From positions 50,739-114,738 of the forward strand of contig NZ_CANLVZ010000008.1 of NCBI RefSeq assembly GCF_947494755.1: a stretch of DNA of 64,000 nucleotides. The letters are read 5' to 3'. The notes under the pieces are model-generated. The model saw only the letters and a list, made by a program, of their open reading frames with translations. It made no database searches and had not been told where the DNA came from. This document shows positions 19,342 through 29,490 of this stretch, in pieces. Both the position numbers and the translations under genes were made by a program. Numbering within the stretch: the stretch's first letter is position 1; each line of letters opens with the position of its first letter. Source of the stretch: an uncultured Tateyamaria sp. (lineage in GTDB: Bacteria; Pseudomonadota; Alphaproteobacteria; Rhodobacterales; Rhodobacteraceae).

Positions 19342-20540
19342 TTCAAAAGCGCCTTGAGGTCGCTGCTGGCGTTCGCAATCACCTCCGGCGGCGCGCTTTT
19401 GCCCGCCTCGATCAACCGCTTGCCGATCATATAACCGCGCGGGTCGTTGGCGGCGTCAACTGCCAGCAACCGATCCCCCTTGTAATACCAAAAGGAGACG
19501 GCTTTGCCCCCGTCGCGGGTCACGACGCGGTCATACCCCGTGTTCAGTCCTGCAATCTGCAGCTTGGCGTCAAACTGATCTGACCAGAACCACGGGCGGG
19601 CGACGTAATCCTTACCCGCCCCAAGTATATTTTCGGCGACCACTTCGGCCTGATCAATGGCGTTTGGCACGCTTTCCAGCCGGATGCGTTGCCCCTGATA
19701 GGGGAACGAGGCGCAATCGCCAGCGGCCCAGACATGCGGCGCTGACGCGCGGCCCTGCGCGTCAGTGGCAATTCCGTTGTCGAGGGTCAGCCCCGCCTGT
19801 GCGGCCAAGTCGGTGCCCGGCGCGATGCCCACGCCGACGACCACGAAATCAACTTCAAGCGTGGTACCATCGGTCAATTCAGCACCCGCGACATCCCCAT
19901 CACCCAACAACCGGGCCAGTCCAATGCCTTCGCGAATGTCCACGTCATGATCCGCGTGAAGCTGTCGAAAATAGGCGCTGGTTTCGGGGGCCGCGACGCG
20001 CTGCAAGATACGCTCTGCCATTTCAACCAAGACCACATCCAGACCCAGCTTTGAGGCGACGGCTGCGGCCTCTAGACCGATATAGCCACCGCCCACGATC
20101 AGAACCGATGCGCCGGGTCGAAACCGCGGGGCCATGCCGTCCACATCCGCCAGATCGCGCACCGTGAACACGCCACCCAGATCACCGCCAATGGCCGCAG
20201 GCAAGCGATGAGGGACAGATCCGGTCGCGAACACCAGATCAGTATACGCCAGCACCTCGCCCCCCAGATCGACAGTCTGCGCGGCTGTATCGACACCCTT
20301 CACCGTGCAGCCCAATCGCAGGTCGATATCATGCTCGCCGTAGAACGCTTCGGGCCGCAGAAACATCCGCTCCAGCGGCATGTCACCCATCAGATAGGCC
20401 TTGGACAAAGGGGGACGTTGATAGGGCGGAACCGCCTCGGCCCCGACCAGCGTCACGCGACCCTCAAAGCCCCCATTGCGCAGCTTTGCCACGCAAGATG
20501 ACCCCGCCTGGCCCGCACCGATCACCACAACATGGCTCAT
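19338..20540 (-). CDS. FAD-dependent pyridine-nucleotide oxidoreductase (ferredoxin/rubredoxin reductase-like)
   Basis: 400 aa with two Rossmann motifs (VIGAGQAGS; IVGGGYIGLE). Confidence 0.75.
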   Translation of the reverse strand: MSHVVVIGAGQAGSSCVAKLRNGGFEGRVTLVGAEAVPPYQRPPLSKAYLMGDMPLERMFLRPEAFYGEHDIDLRLGCTVKGVDTAAQTVDLGGEVLAYTDLVFATGSVPHRLPAAIGGDLGGVFTVRDLADVDGMAPRFRPGASVLIVGGGYIGLEAAAVASKLGLDVVLVEMAERILQRVAAPETSAYFRQLHADHDVDIREGIGLARLLGDGDVAGAELTDGTTLEVDFVVVGVGIAPGTDLAAQAGLTLDNGIATDAQGRASAPHVWAAGDCASFPYQGQRIRLESVPNAIDQAEVVAENILGAGKDYVARPWFWSDQFDAKLQIAGLNTGYDRVVTRDGGKAVSFWYYKGDRLLAVDAANDPRGYMIGKRLIEAGKSAPPEVIANASSDLKALLK

Positions 20541-20627
20541 ATAATTTCCCTTTGGTCTCGCCCTTTGCCGACCCGCAGCCTATATCGCAGAGCAAGGCAC
20601 ACGCAATTCCAAGAAAGGCGCTACGCA

Positions 20628-21116
20628 ATGGCAATTTCCCAAGGCGACACACTTCCCGATGCAACTCTGGTCTATCTGGGCGATGACGGCCCGGCCACGA
20701 TCAAGCTGAGCGAAAAGACCAAAGGCCGCAAAGTTGTGATCTTTGCCCTGCCCGGTGCCTACACGGGCGTGTGCAGCACGGCTCACGTGCCCAGCTTTAT
20801 CCGCACCAAGGATCAGTTTGTCGAAAAAGGCGTGGACGAGATTATCTGCGTGTCGGTCAATGACCCCTTTGTGCTGGACGCATGGGACAAATCGACAGGC
20901 GCCAGTGACGCCGGGATCACCATGCTGGGTGACGCAGAAGCGGAATTCACGAGCGCGATGGGGCGCACGTTTTCGGCACCACCCGTGGGGCTGATCAACC
21001 GCTCCACCCGCTATGCGATGGTGGTCGAGGACGGCACGATCACGCTGCTGCAAGAAGAGGAAAACCCCGGCGTCTGCGACGTGTCGGGAGGAGAAGGTTT
21101 GCTCGACGCGATGTAA
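20628..21116 (+). CDS. Peroxiredoxin (Prx5-type)
   Basis: Start trimmed to MAISQGDTLPD. Peroxidatic Cys motif LPGAYTGVCS. Confidence 0.85.
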   Translation: MAISQGDTLPDATLVYLGDDGPATIKLSEKTKGRKVVIFALPGAYTGVCSTAHVPSFIRTKDQFVEKGVDEIICVSVNDPFVLDAWDKSTGASDAGITMLGDAEAEFTSAMGRTFSAPPVGLINRSTRYAMVVEDGTITLLQEEENPGVCDVSGGEGLLDAM

Positions 21117-21140
21117 ACGCCGGCATCATCGCGCAGATTG

Positions 21141-21168
21141 GGCCTCCCGGATGCGGGGGGCCTTTTTT
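21141..21168 (+). terminator. Rho-independent terminator after the peroxiredoxin gene
   Basis: GGCCTCCC-ggatgc-GGGGGGCC followed by TTTTTT. Confidence 0.8.
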
Positions 21169-21319
21169 GTGCGATCTTCGGAAGACTTGTAAAGGTGGGG
21201 AATTCAAGACCTGACACGCTATGCGTGCAAAATCTAAGCTGTCGCCATCATGGGGTCGTTATTTTCCGGCTCTGCACACAAAGACATTTTCAGCAATTCA
21301 TTTGACAGGAGAACCGCAC

Positions 21320-22039
21320 ATGGCTTCCGTGGAAAAGGACATTGATGCCGCTGCAAACCTGATGGCCAACGACATCAACGCCGCTATGAAGGTCGAAGAC
21401 CTCAACCAGTTCCTCGCCCTCAAGGACCGGCTCCAAAGCAAGAAACGACCCAAGGGAGGAATGGGCCCGGTCTACGACCTGTTCGAAAGTGGCAAAGCGG
21501 ACAAGAGCAAGGGGCCGGGCATATTCGACAAGCTCAAAGAATATCCGACCGTACGCGTTGTCGTCTCAAAATCAGACGTCGCCAACAAGCGTACACCGAA
21601 AAAGCAGGCCGAATTGATCATCACGAAACCAGGGCAGACGTCCTCATGCCGATCCGCGCACATGATTGGCGCTGCGCGGCACGTTCAATTGACGGTAAAC
21701 GGCGTCAAAAAGTGGGATACGGGCGGGTTGAAGATGCTCAAGAAGGACTTTCCGGTCCTTTATGAACGGTTTGTCATTGAGTTTGGCAAAGCGTTCAAAA
21801 AACAGGGTGTGAACAATCACAAAGGCAAGCCGAAGTTCGAAATAGACGGCGGCGATCCGTTCCACATCGAATTCGAGAAAGCAGAAACTGGCAGTAAGTT
21901 CACCCAAGACTGCCTGCATCACTACGCCAAACTGACGCGGATGAAAGGCAAGCCGAAAAACCCGAAATTCGAAGGGTGGAAATACGTCAAGGCGTTCTTC
22001 AAGAAGAACAAAAAATACGAAAAAGCTGCCGCCAAATAG
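21320..22039 (+). CDS. Hypothetical lysine-rich protein, no family recognised
   Basis: 239 aa from the ATG at 21320, preceded by AGGAGA. Very Lys-rich, ends KKNKKYEKAAAK. Visibly A/T-richer than its neighbours. Hairpin after the stop. Confidence 0.5.
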   Translation: MASVEKDIDAAANLMANDINAAMKVEDLNQFLALKDRLQSKKRPKGGMGPVYDLFESGKADKSKGPGIFDKLKEYPTVRVVVSKSDVANKRTPKKQAELIITKPGQTSSCRSAHMIGAARHVQLTVNGVKKWDTGGLKMLKKDFPVLYERFVIEFGKAFKKQGVNNHKGKPKFEIDGGDPFHIEFEKAETGSKFTQDCLHHYAKLTRMKGKPKNPKFEGWKYVKAFFKKNKKYEKAAAK

Positions 22040-22081
22040 CCACCTTGAGGAACCCGGCGTACGTTCGGGTTCCGGCCCACC

Positions 22082-22378
22082 CTAGCCCACAAGGCTGTCC
22101 ATCTTGCGCGCAAGCTTCAGATCCAGCGTGCTGACCCCGCCCACATCATGAGTGGTCAGCGTGACCTCGACCTTTTTGTAGACATTAAACCATTCGGGAT
22201 GGTGATCCCACTTTTCCGACCAGATCGCGACGCGGGTCATCCAGCCGAATGCCTCCACGAAATTGGAGAACTCAAACGTCTTGTGGATCGCATCGCGCCC
22301 ATCGGCCACCGCCCATCCCGTGTCCAACAACGGGCCAAGCAGGGTGTCGCGTGTCTCATCACTCAGCTTTTCGGTCAT
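22082..22378 (-). CDS. phhB: Pterin-4a-carbinolamine dehydratase
   Basis: 98 aa with the DHHPEW motif. Confidence 0.85.
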   Translation of the reverse strand: MTEKLSDETRDTLLGPLLDTGWAVADGRDAIHKTFEFSNFVEAFGWMTRVAIWSEKWDHHPEWFNVYKKVEVTLTTHDVGGVSTLDLKLARKMDSLVG

Positions 22379-23586
22379 TCCTGTTCCTCGATCTGAACCC
22401 GCTTGAAGGGGCCATAGTCCGTGAGAATTTCAATCTCCTCTTCCACCGCCTCACGCTCGGCTTCGAGGTAACTTGCAATCGCATCGGCAAAGCCCGGATC
22501 ACCGACCCAGTGCAGGCTGTGGGTCTGCGTCGGCAGATAGCCACGCGCCAGCTTGTGTTCGCCCTGCGCGCCCGCCTCGACCCGGTCCAGTCCCCGTTCG
22601 ATGGCGATGTCGATGGCGCGGTAATAACACAGTTCAAAATGCAGACAGGGGTGGTGTTCGCTGCACCCCCAGTATCGGCCATAGAGGGACCGCGCGCCGA
22701 TAAAATTCAACGCACCGGCCACATATTGCCCATCCCGCTCGGCCAGAACGAGCGCCATGTCATCACGCAGGGTCTCGTGGGCGATGTCGAAAAACCTGCG
22801 CGTGAGGTACGGCGTGCCCCATTTGCGCGCGCCGGTGTCCTGATAAAACTGCCAGAACGCATCCCAGTGCTCGGGGCGCAGGTCATCGCCGGTATAGGTC
22901 TGGATAGTGCCGCCAAAATCCTGCGCCTGACGGCGTTCCTTGCGGATATTCTTGCGCTTGCGACTGCTGAGAGTGGCAAGAAACCCATCGAAATCTTCAT
23001 AGCCGGCATTAAGCCAGTGAAACTGCTGCGTGGCGCGCGGCATAAGACCCAATTCGGCCCCCGCGTCCCGCTCCGCTTCGGTGCAAAAGGTCACGTGCAG
23101 CGAACTCAGCTTGTTGGTCGCGCCCAGTTGCACCGCACCTTGCACCAGGGCGGACAACCCTGTCTGCGCGAAATCAGGATGGGTCAGAAACCGCCGCCCT
23201 GTGGCGGGCGTATGCGGCACGGCGATTTGCAACTTTGGATAATACCGCCCGCCCGCACGTTCAAAGGCGTGCGCCCAGTTGTGATCAAAGATGTACTCAC
23301 CCTGACTATGCCCCTTGCCATACATCGGGGCCACGCCGATGGTCTGATTGCCGATCTTGGCTTGCAGATATTGCGGCTGCCAGCCTGTGCCGGGCCCCAC
23401 CGAATTGCTGTCCTCAAGCGCCTTAAGGAACCGGTGCGTGGTAAAAGGATCGTTCGGGCGGCCCCCTTGCGCCGCTTCAGGACACGCGCACGCATCCCAC
23501 GTGGCCGCATCAATCGCGTTCAGCGACGGCAGCACCCGGATCTCGATCTCTTGCTCGGCGGATTGATCCGTTTCGTGATCCTGCAC
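22375..23586 (-). CDS. FemAB-like/GNAT-fold protein (DUF482-type)
   Basis: I place the start at the GTG at 23586, preceded by AAGGAA. The track's TTG at 23670 would overlap the upstream gene. The family call is from memory of ...IDAATWDAC... proteins. Confidence 0.6.
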   Translation of the reverse strand: MQDHETDQSAEQEIEIRVLPSLNAIDAATWDACACPEAAQGGRPNDPFTTHRFLKALEDSNSVGPGTGWQPQYLQAKIGNQTIGVAPMYGKGHSQGEYIFDHNWAHAFERAGGRYYPKLQIAVPHTPATGRRFLTHPDFAQTGLSALVQGAVQLGATNKLSSLHVTFCTEAERDAGAELGLMPRATQQFHWLNAGYEDFDGFLATLSSRKRKNIRKERRQAQDFGGTIQTYTGDDLRPEHWDAFWQFYQDTGARKWGTPYLTRRFFDIAHETLRDDMALVLAERDGQYVAGALNFIGARSLYGRYWGCSEHHPCLHFELCYYRAIDIAIERGLDRVEAGAQGEHKLARGYLPTQTHSLHWVGDPGFADAIASYLEAEREAVEEEIEILTDYGPFKRVQIEEQE

Positions 23587-23638
23587 GCGGGGCTTTCCTT
23601 GTCTTGGATGACTGAATGTGTGTCGAATCCGGACAGGT

Positions 23639-24406
23639 TCAACCTGGCGGCGGCGGCAGATACCCCTCAAAGGTCACATTTTGAGCGACCTGGCGGGCCT
23701 CTGCCTCTTGTTGCGCCGAACGGATGGTCCAACACAAGACGTTCGCCCCACCCGCTTTCAGCTCCGCCACGCGCGGCCGCTTCAGATCTGCGGCCTCGTG
23801 GCTGATGAATGTGGCACCCACGCGATCAAAGTCGGGGATCTGTCGCAAATGCTCGCATATGGCGACAGGCAGCGGCCAGTTTTCGGGATCATAGCTGCTG
23901 GTCACCAGACCGCGGGGAATGTCAGGGCACAACTCCGCCATGCGCTCAACCGCGTGCGGATTGAAGGACATTACCGCAACCGCGCCTTGATAGCTGGTGA
24001 TGGCTTGGGCGGTTGCCAGCTCCAATGGGCCGACATCGGACCCCATCGCGCCGTCCTGATCCTTGATCTCGATCAGCAGGGGCACCCGACCTGCAACAAT
24101 TTCCAGAACCTCGTCCAGCGTCGGGATACCTTCGTCGCCGCCCAAAAGCGGCACGTGCGACAGCGCGCTTGCGGCAACCGCGCGAACCGGTCCCGACCCG
24201 TCCGCCAGCCGTTCGAGCGCATAGTCATGGAACACCATCGCCTGATCGTCGGCACTCAACTGGACGTCGATTTCGATGCCATACCCGTGACGGATCGCAG
24301 CACGGATCGCAGCGCGGCTGTTTTCGGGACGTCCGTCCGTCACATCATGCAAGGCACGATGCGCCAACGGGCTGTTCAGAAAGTCGGCAGGCAGGCGCGG
24401 GCTCAT
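23639..24406 (-). CDS. Glycerophosphodiester phosphodiesterase family protein
   Basis: Start trimmed to MSPRLPADFLNSPLAHRALHD. GDPD signature HRA...ENS...GYGIEIDVQ. ATGA-type overlap with ridA. Confidence 0.75.
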   Translation of the reverse strand: MSPRLPADFLNSPLAHRALHDVTDGRPENSRAAIRAAIRHGYGIEIDVQLSADDQAMVFHDYALERLADGSGPVRAVAASALSHVPLLGGDEGIPTLDEVLEIVAGRVPLLIEIKDQDGAMGSDVGPLELATAQAITSYQGAVAVMSFNPHAVERMAELCPDIPRGLVTSSYDPENWPLPVAICEHLRQIPDFDRVGATFISHEAADLKRPRVAELKAGGANVLCWTIRSAQQEAEARQVAQNVTFEGYLPPPPG

Positions 24407-24861
24407 TTGATCTGAAAGATGCCTTCGATCTCGACCGCGACACCCAAGGGCAATGATGCCGCCGACACCGCCGAACGGCTGTGACGGCCCGCGTCCCCAA
24501 GAGCCTCGACAAGAAAGTCGGACGCGCCATTGATCACCTGGGGCTGATTGGTGAAATCGGCGGTGGAATTGACAAAGCCCGTCAGTTTCACGACGCGTAC
24601 CAGCCGGTCGATATCCCCGCCGCACGCTGCCTTGATTTGGGCCAGCAGGCTGATGGCGCACAGGCGCGCGGCGGCGGCACCCGCCTCAATATCCATATCC
24701 GCGCCCAATTTACCGGTCACCAACCCTTCTGGCCCGTTCGAGATTTGGCCCGACACATAGACGATATCGCCGATCTGGACGAAGGGGACATAGTTGGCCG
24801 CGGGTGCGGGCGCGTCGGGCAGTGTGACACCAAGATCGGCGAGGCGGGTTTCGATGGACAT
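24403..24861 (-). CDS. ridA: RidA/YjgF family reactive-intermediate deaminase
   Basis: 152 aa with a YjgF/UK114-like layout (...PFVQIGDIVYVSGQ...). Confidence 0.85.
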   Translation of the reverse strand: MSIETRLADLGVTLPDAPAPAANYVPFVQIGDIVYVSGQISNGPEGLVTGKLGADMDIEAGAAAARLCAISLLAQIKAACGGDIDRLVRVVKLTGFVNSTADFTNQPQVINGASDFLVEALGDAGRHSRSAVSAASLPLGVAVEIEGIFQIK

Positions 24862-24935
24862 GAGGCGATCCCTTTCGTGGGCTATGCGTTTGCCCCGACG
24901 CTAGACCGCAGCGCGCAAAGGTAAAAGGGTCAAGA

Positions 24936-26237
24936 TCAGGATTCGCGAAACGCCCGATTGAAATAATCCGCCATCGGCTGCATCAGATACGCCATGGGCG
25001 ATCGATCCGCCGTGCGCAAGAACGCCTCGACCGGCATGCCGGGAATAAGAACCTGCCCTTCCGCAAGTTTACCCAACTCTCCCGGATTCAGTGCAATTTC
25101 GACCCGATAGAACCGCGCGCCGCTTGCCTCATCATCAAAGACATCCGCAGACACCAACACCACCTGCCCCACCAATTCTGGAGTGGTGCGTTGATCCAAC
25201 GCGGAAAAGCGCAGGTTCACCTGTTGTCCCAACACGATTTGATCGACATGCACCGGATCAACACGGGCGGCGATCACCAGCGGACGGTCCTGGGGAATGA
25301 TAAAGAGGATGGGTTCGGCACCGCGCACGACCGACCGCATGGTCTGAACGCGCATATTGTACACGATGCCCGATACTGGGGCGCGCAGGGTCATCTGCTC
25401 AATATCACTCAGCAGAGCGCGCTGTTCCTGCACCAGTTCCATCTCGCGCGCACGCAGATCACGCAGACGGGTGATGGCCTCTTCACGGCGCGCCGTGGTC
25501 AGCCGCAGCACTTCGATCTCAATCTCGATCAGGCGCTGTTCGGACTCGGCCTTGGAGGCCGCTAATTCGCCGATCTGGCCATCCAACGATGCGGATTCGC
25601 GCTGCAACGCCAGCACGCGCGAGGTTTGGGTCAGCCCCCGTTCCAGCAGGCTTTGCTGGGCATCCAGTTCGGATTGGATCAGGCCCCGCTGGCGCGCCAA
25701 GGCCTGTTCCTGCGCAGTGATCCCGACAATCTGATTTTCGATCTGAGCGCTGCGCCGTTCCAACTGACTGGCCTGGCTTGCAATCGAATCTCGCCGCGCA
25801 TTGAAGAGATTGCGCTGCCCCGTCACCAATTCCGCCACTTCGGGGCGCGTGGTTTGCGCCTGCACCAAACCCGGATCAAAGGTGATCGTATCGCGCCCGT
25901 CGCGTTCGGCCTCAAGCCGGGCACGTCTGGCGGTGAACTCGTATAACTGCCCTTCAACGATCTCCAACGACGTACGCATATGCGTGTCATCCAACCAGAT
26001 CAGCAGATCGTCAGCCTGCACCACGTCTCCTTCTTTCACTAGAATTTTGGAAACAACGCCGCCCGTTGGGTGCTGGACGATCTGGCGGTTTTGATCGACT
26101 TCGACATGCCCGGGCGCGATGATCGCACCGGCGATCCGGGTCGTCGTCGCCCACAAGATCATGCCGCCCAAAAGCCCGAACAACCCGACCACTCCGGCCA
26201 AGACCGGCCCCCGCGCAGACCAACGCCCTGTCATCAT
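24936..26237 (-). CDS. Type I secretion periplasmic adaptor (HlyD family)
   Basis: 433 aa with an N-terminal TM helix, a long coiled coil and a C-terminal barrel region. ATGA overlap with the ABC gene. Confidence 0.85.
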   Translation of the reverse strand: MMTGRWSARGPVLAGVVGLFGLLGGMILWATTTRIAGAIIAPGHVEVDQNRQIVQHPTGGVVSKILVKEGDVVQADDLLIWLDDTHMRTSLEIVEGQLYEFTARRARLEAERDGRDTITFDPGLVQAQTTRPEVAELVTGQRNLFNARRDSIASQASQLERRSAQIENQIVGITAQEQALARQRGLIQSELDAQQSLLERGLTQTSRVLALQRESASLDGQIGELAASKAESEQRLIEIEIEVLRLTTARREEAITRLRDLRAREMELVQEQRALLSDIEQMTLRAPVSGIVYNMRVQTMRSVVRGAEPILFIIPQDRPLVIAARVDPVHVDQIVLGQQVNLRFSALDQRTTPELVGQVVLVSADVFDDEASGARFYRVEIALNPGELGKLAEGQVLIPGMPVEAFLRTADRSPMAYLMQPMADYFNRAFRES

Positions 26238-28012
26238 GCAGCCCCGCGCGCATCAGCAGGCGCACTACCAATGTCGGCATGGTTTTTGACCATGGAGCGC
26301 AGGACCTGATCCCGCGGGCCGAACGCGGATCGCACCCCGTTCTCGATCACCAGCAGCAGATCGCATTCCTGAATGGCGGCCGGACGATGCGCCATGATCA
26401 CGACAGACCGCCCATCGGCCTTTGCCCCCCGGATTGCAGTGTTCAAGGCCTGCGTGCCGGGCGTATCAAGGTTGGAATTAGGCTCGTCCAGCACGAGGAT
26501 CACCGGATCATCATAAAGCGCGCGCGCAAGGCCGATGCGTTGCATCTGACCGCCAGACAAGCGCTGGCATGTGGCAGCAATCCGGGTGTCATAGCCATCC
26601 GGCAGCGCCAGGATCATCTTATGCGCATCCGCTTTTTGCGCCGCTTTGACCACCTTTTGCGGATCGGGGGTGCCTGACAGTCGCGCGATGTTTTCGCTGA
26701 TGGTCCCTTCGAACAGTCGTACCCGCTGCGGCAGATACCCGATATGGTGCCCCAAGACATCCTGCCCATAGTGATCCAGTGCGGCACCGTCCAACCGGAT
26801 TGCCCCGGCTGCCGGTCGCCACACCCCTGTCAGGCACCGCGCCAACGTGGATTTACCTGCACCTGACGGCCCGATGACCCCAAGCGCCTGCCCGGCTGGC
26901 AACTCAAAGCTCAACCCTTTGAGCGCAGGCAACCGTTCGCCCGGCGGCACCACGCTCATGTCGTTGACGCTCAGATGGGCTTTCGGTTTGGGCAGCGACG
27001 TGCGCGCCGTCTCAGGAGGGACCGCCTGAAGCAGATCAGCAAGCGCGCCCCACCCTTGAGCGGCACGCTGCGCGATGCGCCATTGCGTCAACATCGCTTC
27101 GATCGGGGCCAACGCCCGGCCCAGTAAGATTGAGCCCGCAATCATCGCACCCGGCGTCATCTCGTTGCGCAAAACAAGAAAGGCTCCAAGCCCCAACATC
27201 GCACTTTGCAAAAACAGACGCAGCGTCTTGGTCAGCGAGGAAAATCCGCCTCCGACGTCCGTTGCCTCGATCTGAGCCTCAAGCGCAGCTCCACGCGCCT
27301 TTTGCCAGCGATCAAAGGCCGCGTCGCGCATCCCCATCGCCTGTACCATTTCAGCCTCGTTGCGAATTTCATCCGCCAGTGCGTTGGCGCGATGGCCTGC
27401 ATCATTGGCTGTTTGCTGTGGCCTGCGCGACAGCAGTTGGTTGGCCAGAGCGATCAGGATCAACGCCCCGCCCCCGGCCACGGCCAGCCATCCCAACATC
27501 GGATGAAACATAAAAATCGCTGCGACAAAAATCGGTGTCCAGGGCAGGTCAAACAGCGCCAACAAAACCGGCGAGGTCAGAAACCGCTGCACAGCTTGCA
27601 GGTCAGACAGACCAGATTGCGACTGGATGTCCGAGGACAGGGCAGATTTGCGCACAACCGCGTCAAAAACCCGTCGGTCAAGATCTGCCTGAAACCGCGC
27701 GCCCACGCGGGCCATGATGCGGCCCCGGGCAAAATCGAGGAGTCCCATGACGCCGTACAAGAACACCACCAGTAGTGACAGCGCGATCAACGTCTCCTCG
27801 CTGCGGCTGGACAACACGCGGTCATAGACCTGCAACATATAGATAGGCCCGGTCAGCATCAGCATGTTTGCAAACAGGCTGAACAGACCGACAACCCAGT
27901 AAAGTCTGCGAGTTGCCGCTCTGGCGGCGCGCAGTTCGGCCCGGCCTGTTTGTCTAGGATCGCTTTGCATCGGCACCTTTTTGCGTGGCCTGGCGGTCTG
28001 GCTGGGCATCAC
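26234..28012 (-). CDS. Type I secretion ABC permease/ATPase (PrtD-type, no C39 peptidase domain)
   Basis: N-terminal 6-TM domain, Walker A GPSGAGKST, signature LSGGQMQR, Walker B ILVLDEPNS. Confidence 0.85.
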   Translation of the reverse strand: MMPSQTARPRKKVPMQSDPRQTGRAELRAARAATRRLYWVVGLFSLFANMLMLTGPIYMLQVYDRVLSSRSEETLIALSLLVVFLYGVMGLLDFARGRIMARVGARFQADLDRRVFDAVVRKSALSSDIQSQSGLSDLQAVQRFLTSPVLLALFDLPWTPIFVAAIFMFHPMLGWLAVAGGGALILIALANQLLSRRPQQTANDAGHRANALADEIRNEAEMVQAMGMRDAAFDRWQKARGAALEAQIEATDVGGGFSSLTKTLRLFLQSAMLGLGAFLVLRNEMTPGAMIAGSILLGRALAPIEAMLTQWRIAQRAAQGWGALADLLQAVPPETARTSLPKPKAHLSVNDMSVVPPGERLPALKGLSFELPAGQALGVIGPSGAGKSTLARCLTGVWRPAAGAIRLDGAALDHYGQDVLGHHIGYLPQRVRLFEGTISENIARLSGTPDPQKVVKAAQKADAHKMILALPDGYDTRIAATCQRLSGGQMQRIGLARALYDDPVILVLDEPNSNLDTPGTQALNTAIRGAKADGRSVVIMAHRPAAIQECDLLLVIENGVRSAFGPRDQVLRSMVKNHADIGSAPADARGAA

Positions 28013-28132
28013 GGGTCAACCGCGTATTCTGCCTGTCGCGCAACTGCCACAACTGTGAATTCTATGTCGGTTTCTCTGGGCATTTCGCGCAGACGGTTTA
28101 GGTAAAGCATGAATTGGTTTCGGAGATTTTAA

Positions 28133-28900
28133 GTGCCTCTATTTGCTCGTCTGTCCCGTGTGGCGATCTCGTGTGTTGTCGGCCTGTCGGTTGCGGCCTG
28201 TGCTGTCCCCACCAGCGGGCCGGGCGTGGTCGACGGCGTCTATGACCCCTATGAGGACCGCAACCGCCGCGTTCACCAGTTCAACCGGAACCTTGACCGC
28301 AACATCGTACGGCCCGCCGCCATCGGATATTCCGCCGCACTTCCGGACGAAGTCGAAGACAGCATTGGCCATTTCGCCGCCAATCTGGGCGAGCCCTCGG
28401 TCGTGGTAAACTCGCTATTACAGGGGGATTTGCGCGGTGCGGGCGTATCAACCGTACGCTTTGTGACGAATTCCACAATCGGCCTTTTGGGCTTTTTCGA
28501 TGCCGCGACCGAGTTGAAACTGCCCGCCCATGACACCGACTTTGGCGAGACGTTGTTTGTGTGGGGTGTGGGCGAAGGGGCCTATCTTGAGCTGCCCGTG
28601 CTTGGCCCTTCGACCAGCCGCAATGCGACCGGCAAGTTTGTCGATTTGTTCACCAACCCGCTGACCTATATCCTCGACAGCCCCGAAGCGTATTACGGCA
28701 CAATCGCCGGTGTCGCAGCCGGGCTTGGGACGCGGGGGCGGTTTTCAGATACAGTGGATTCGATCCTGTACGACAGTGCAGACAGCTATGCGCAGGCACG
28801 GCTGATCTATCTGCAGAATCGCAGGTTCAAATTGGGTGATGGCCAATCGGTGCAAGCACAGGAAATCGACCCGTTTGCACTGGATACAGAGGGGTTTTGA
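28133..28900 (+). CDS. mlaA: MlaA/VacJ family lipoprotein
   Basis: GTG start. Lipobox LSVAAC. VacJ-like body. Confidence 0.8.
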   Translation: MPLFARLSRVAISCVVGLSVAACAVPTSGPGVVDGVYDPYEDRNRRVHQFNRNLDRNIVRPAAIGYSAALPDEVEDSIGHFAANLGEPSVVVNSLLQGDLRGAGVSTVRFVTNSTIGLLGFFDAATELKLPAHDTDFGETLFVWGVGEGAYLELPVLGPSTSRNATGKFVDLFTNPLTYILDSPEAYYGTIAGVAAGLGTRGRFSDTVDSILYDSADSYAQARLIYLQNRRFKLGDGQSVQAQEIDPFALDTEGF

Positions 28901-29490
28901 CCATGCAACGACGTCATTTTTTCGCACTGAGCAGTGCCAGTGCGGTCATGTCTGCCCTCCCGGCATTAGCCTTGACCGAAGCGGGGGCGGGCAACCTTGT
29001 CAACGCGCTGGTGGGTGAGATCAACCGGGTGATCGCCTCTGGCAAGAGCGAGGCCGCGATGATCCGCGATTTCGAGGGGATCTTTGCCCGCTATAGCGAT
29101 ACCTCCTATGTCTCGGCCTATGCGATGGGCGTGGATGGGCGGCGTGCCACAGCGGCCCAGAAGCGGGCGTTTTCGACCGCCTTTCAGGGATACATCGCGC
29201 GCAAATACGGCAAGCGGTTCCGTGAATTCATCGGCGGGCGGCTTGAGGTCAAAGGGGCCAAAACCGTGAAGAACTGGATCGAGGTTGAAACCACGGCCTT
29301 CCTGCGCGGCGAGGCTCCGTTCACGGTGACATTCCATGTCTCTGACCGCTCGGGCAGAGAGCTGTTTTTCAACATGTTCATCGAAGGGGTGAACCTGCTG
29401 CTGACGGAACGGACAGAAGTGGGCGCGTTGATCGACCGCAATGGCGGCGACATCGACGCGATGATCGCGGATTTGCGCGCACTCGGCTGA
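28897..29490 (+). CDS. MlaC/Ttg2D-like periplasmic lipid-binding protein
   Basis: 197 aa with a twin-arginine-like signal (QRRHFF). ATGA overlap with mlaA. Confidence 0.6.
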   Translation: MTMQRRHFFALSSASAVMSALPALALTEAGAGNLVNALVGEINRVIASGKSEAAMIRDFEGIFARYSDTSYVSAYAMGVDGRRATAAQKRAFSTAFQGYIARKYGKRFREFIGGRLEVKGAKTVKNWIEVETTAFLRGEAPFTVTFHVSDRSGRELFFNMFIEGVNLLLTERTEVGALIDRNGGDIDAMIADLRALG

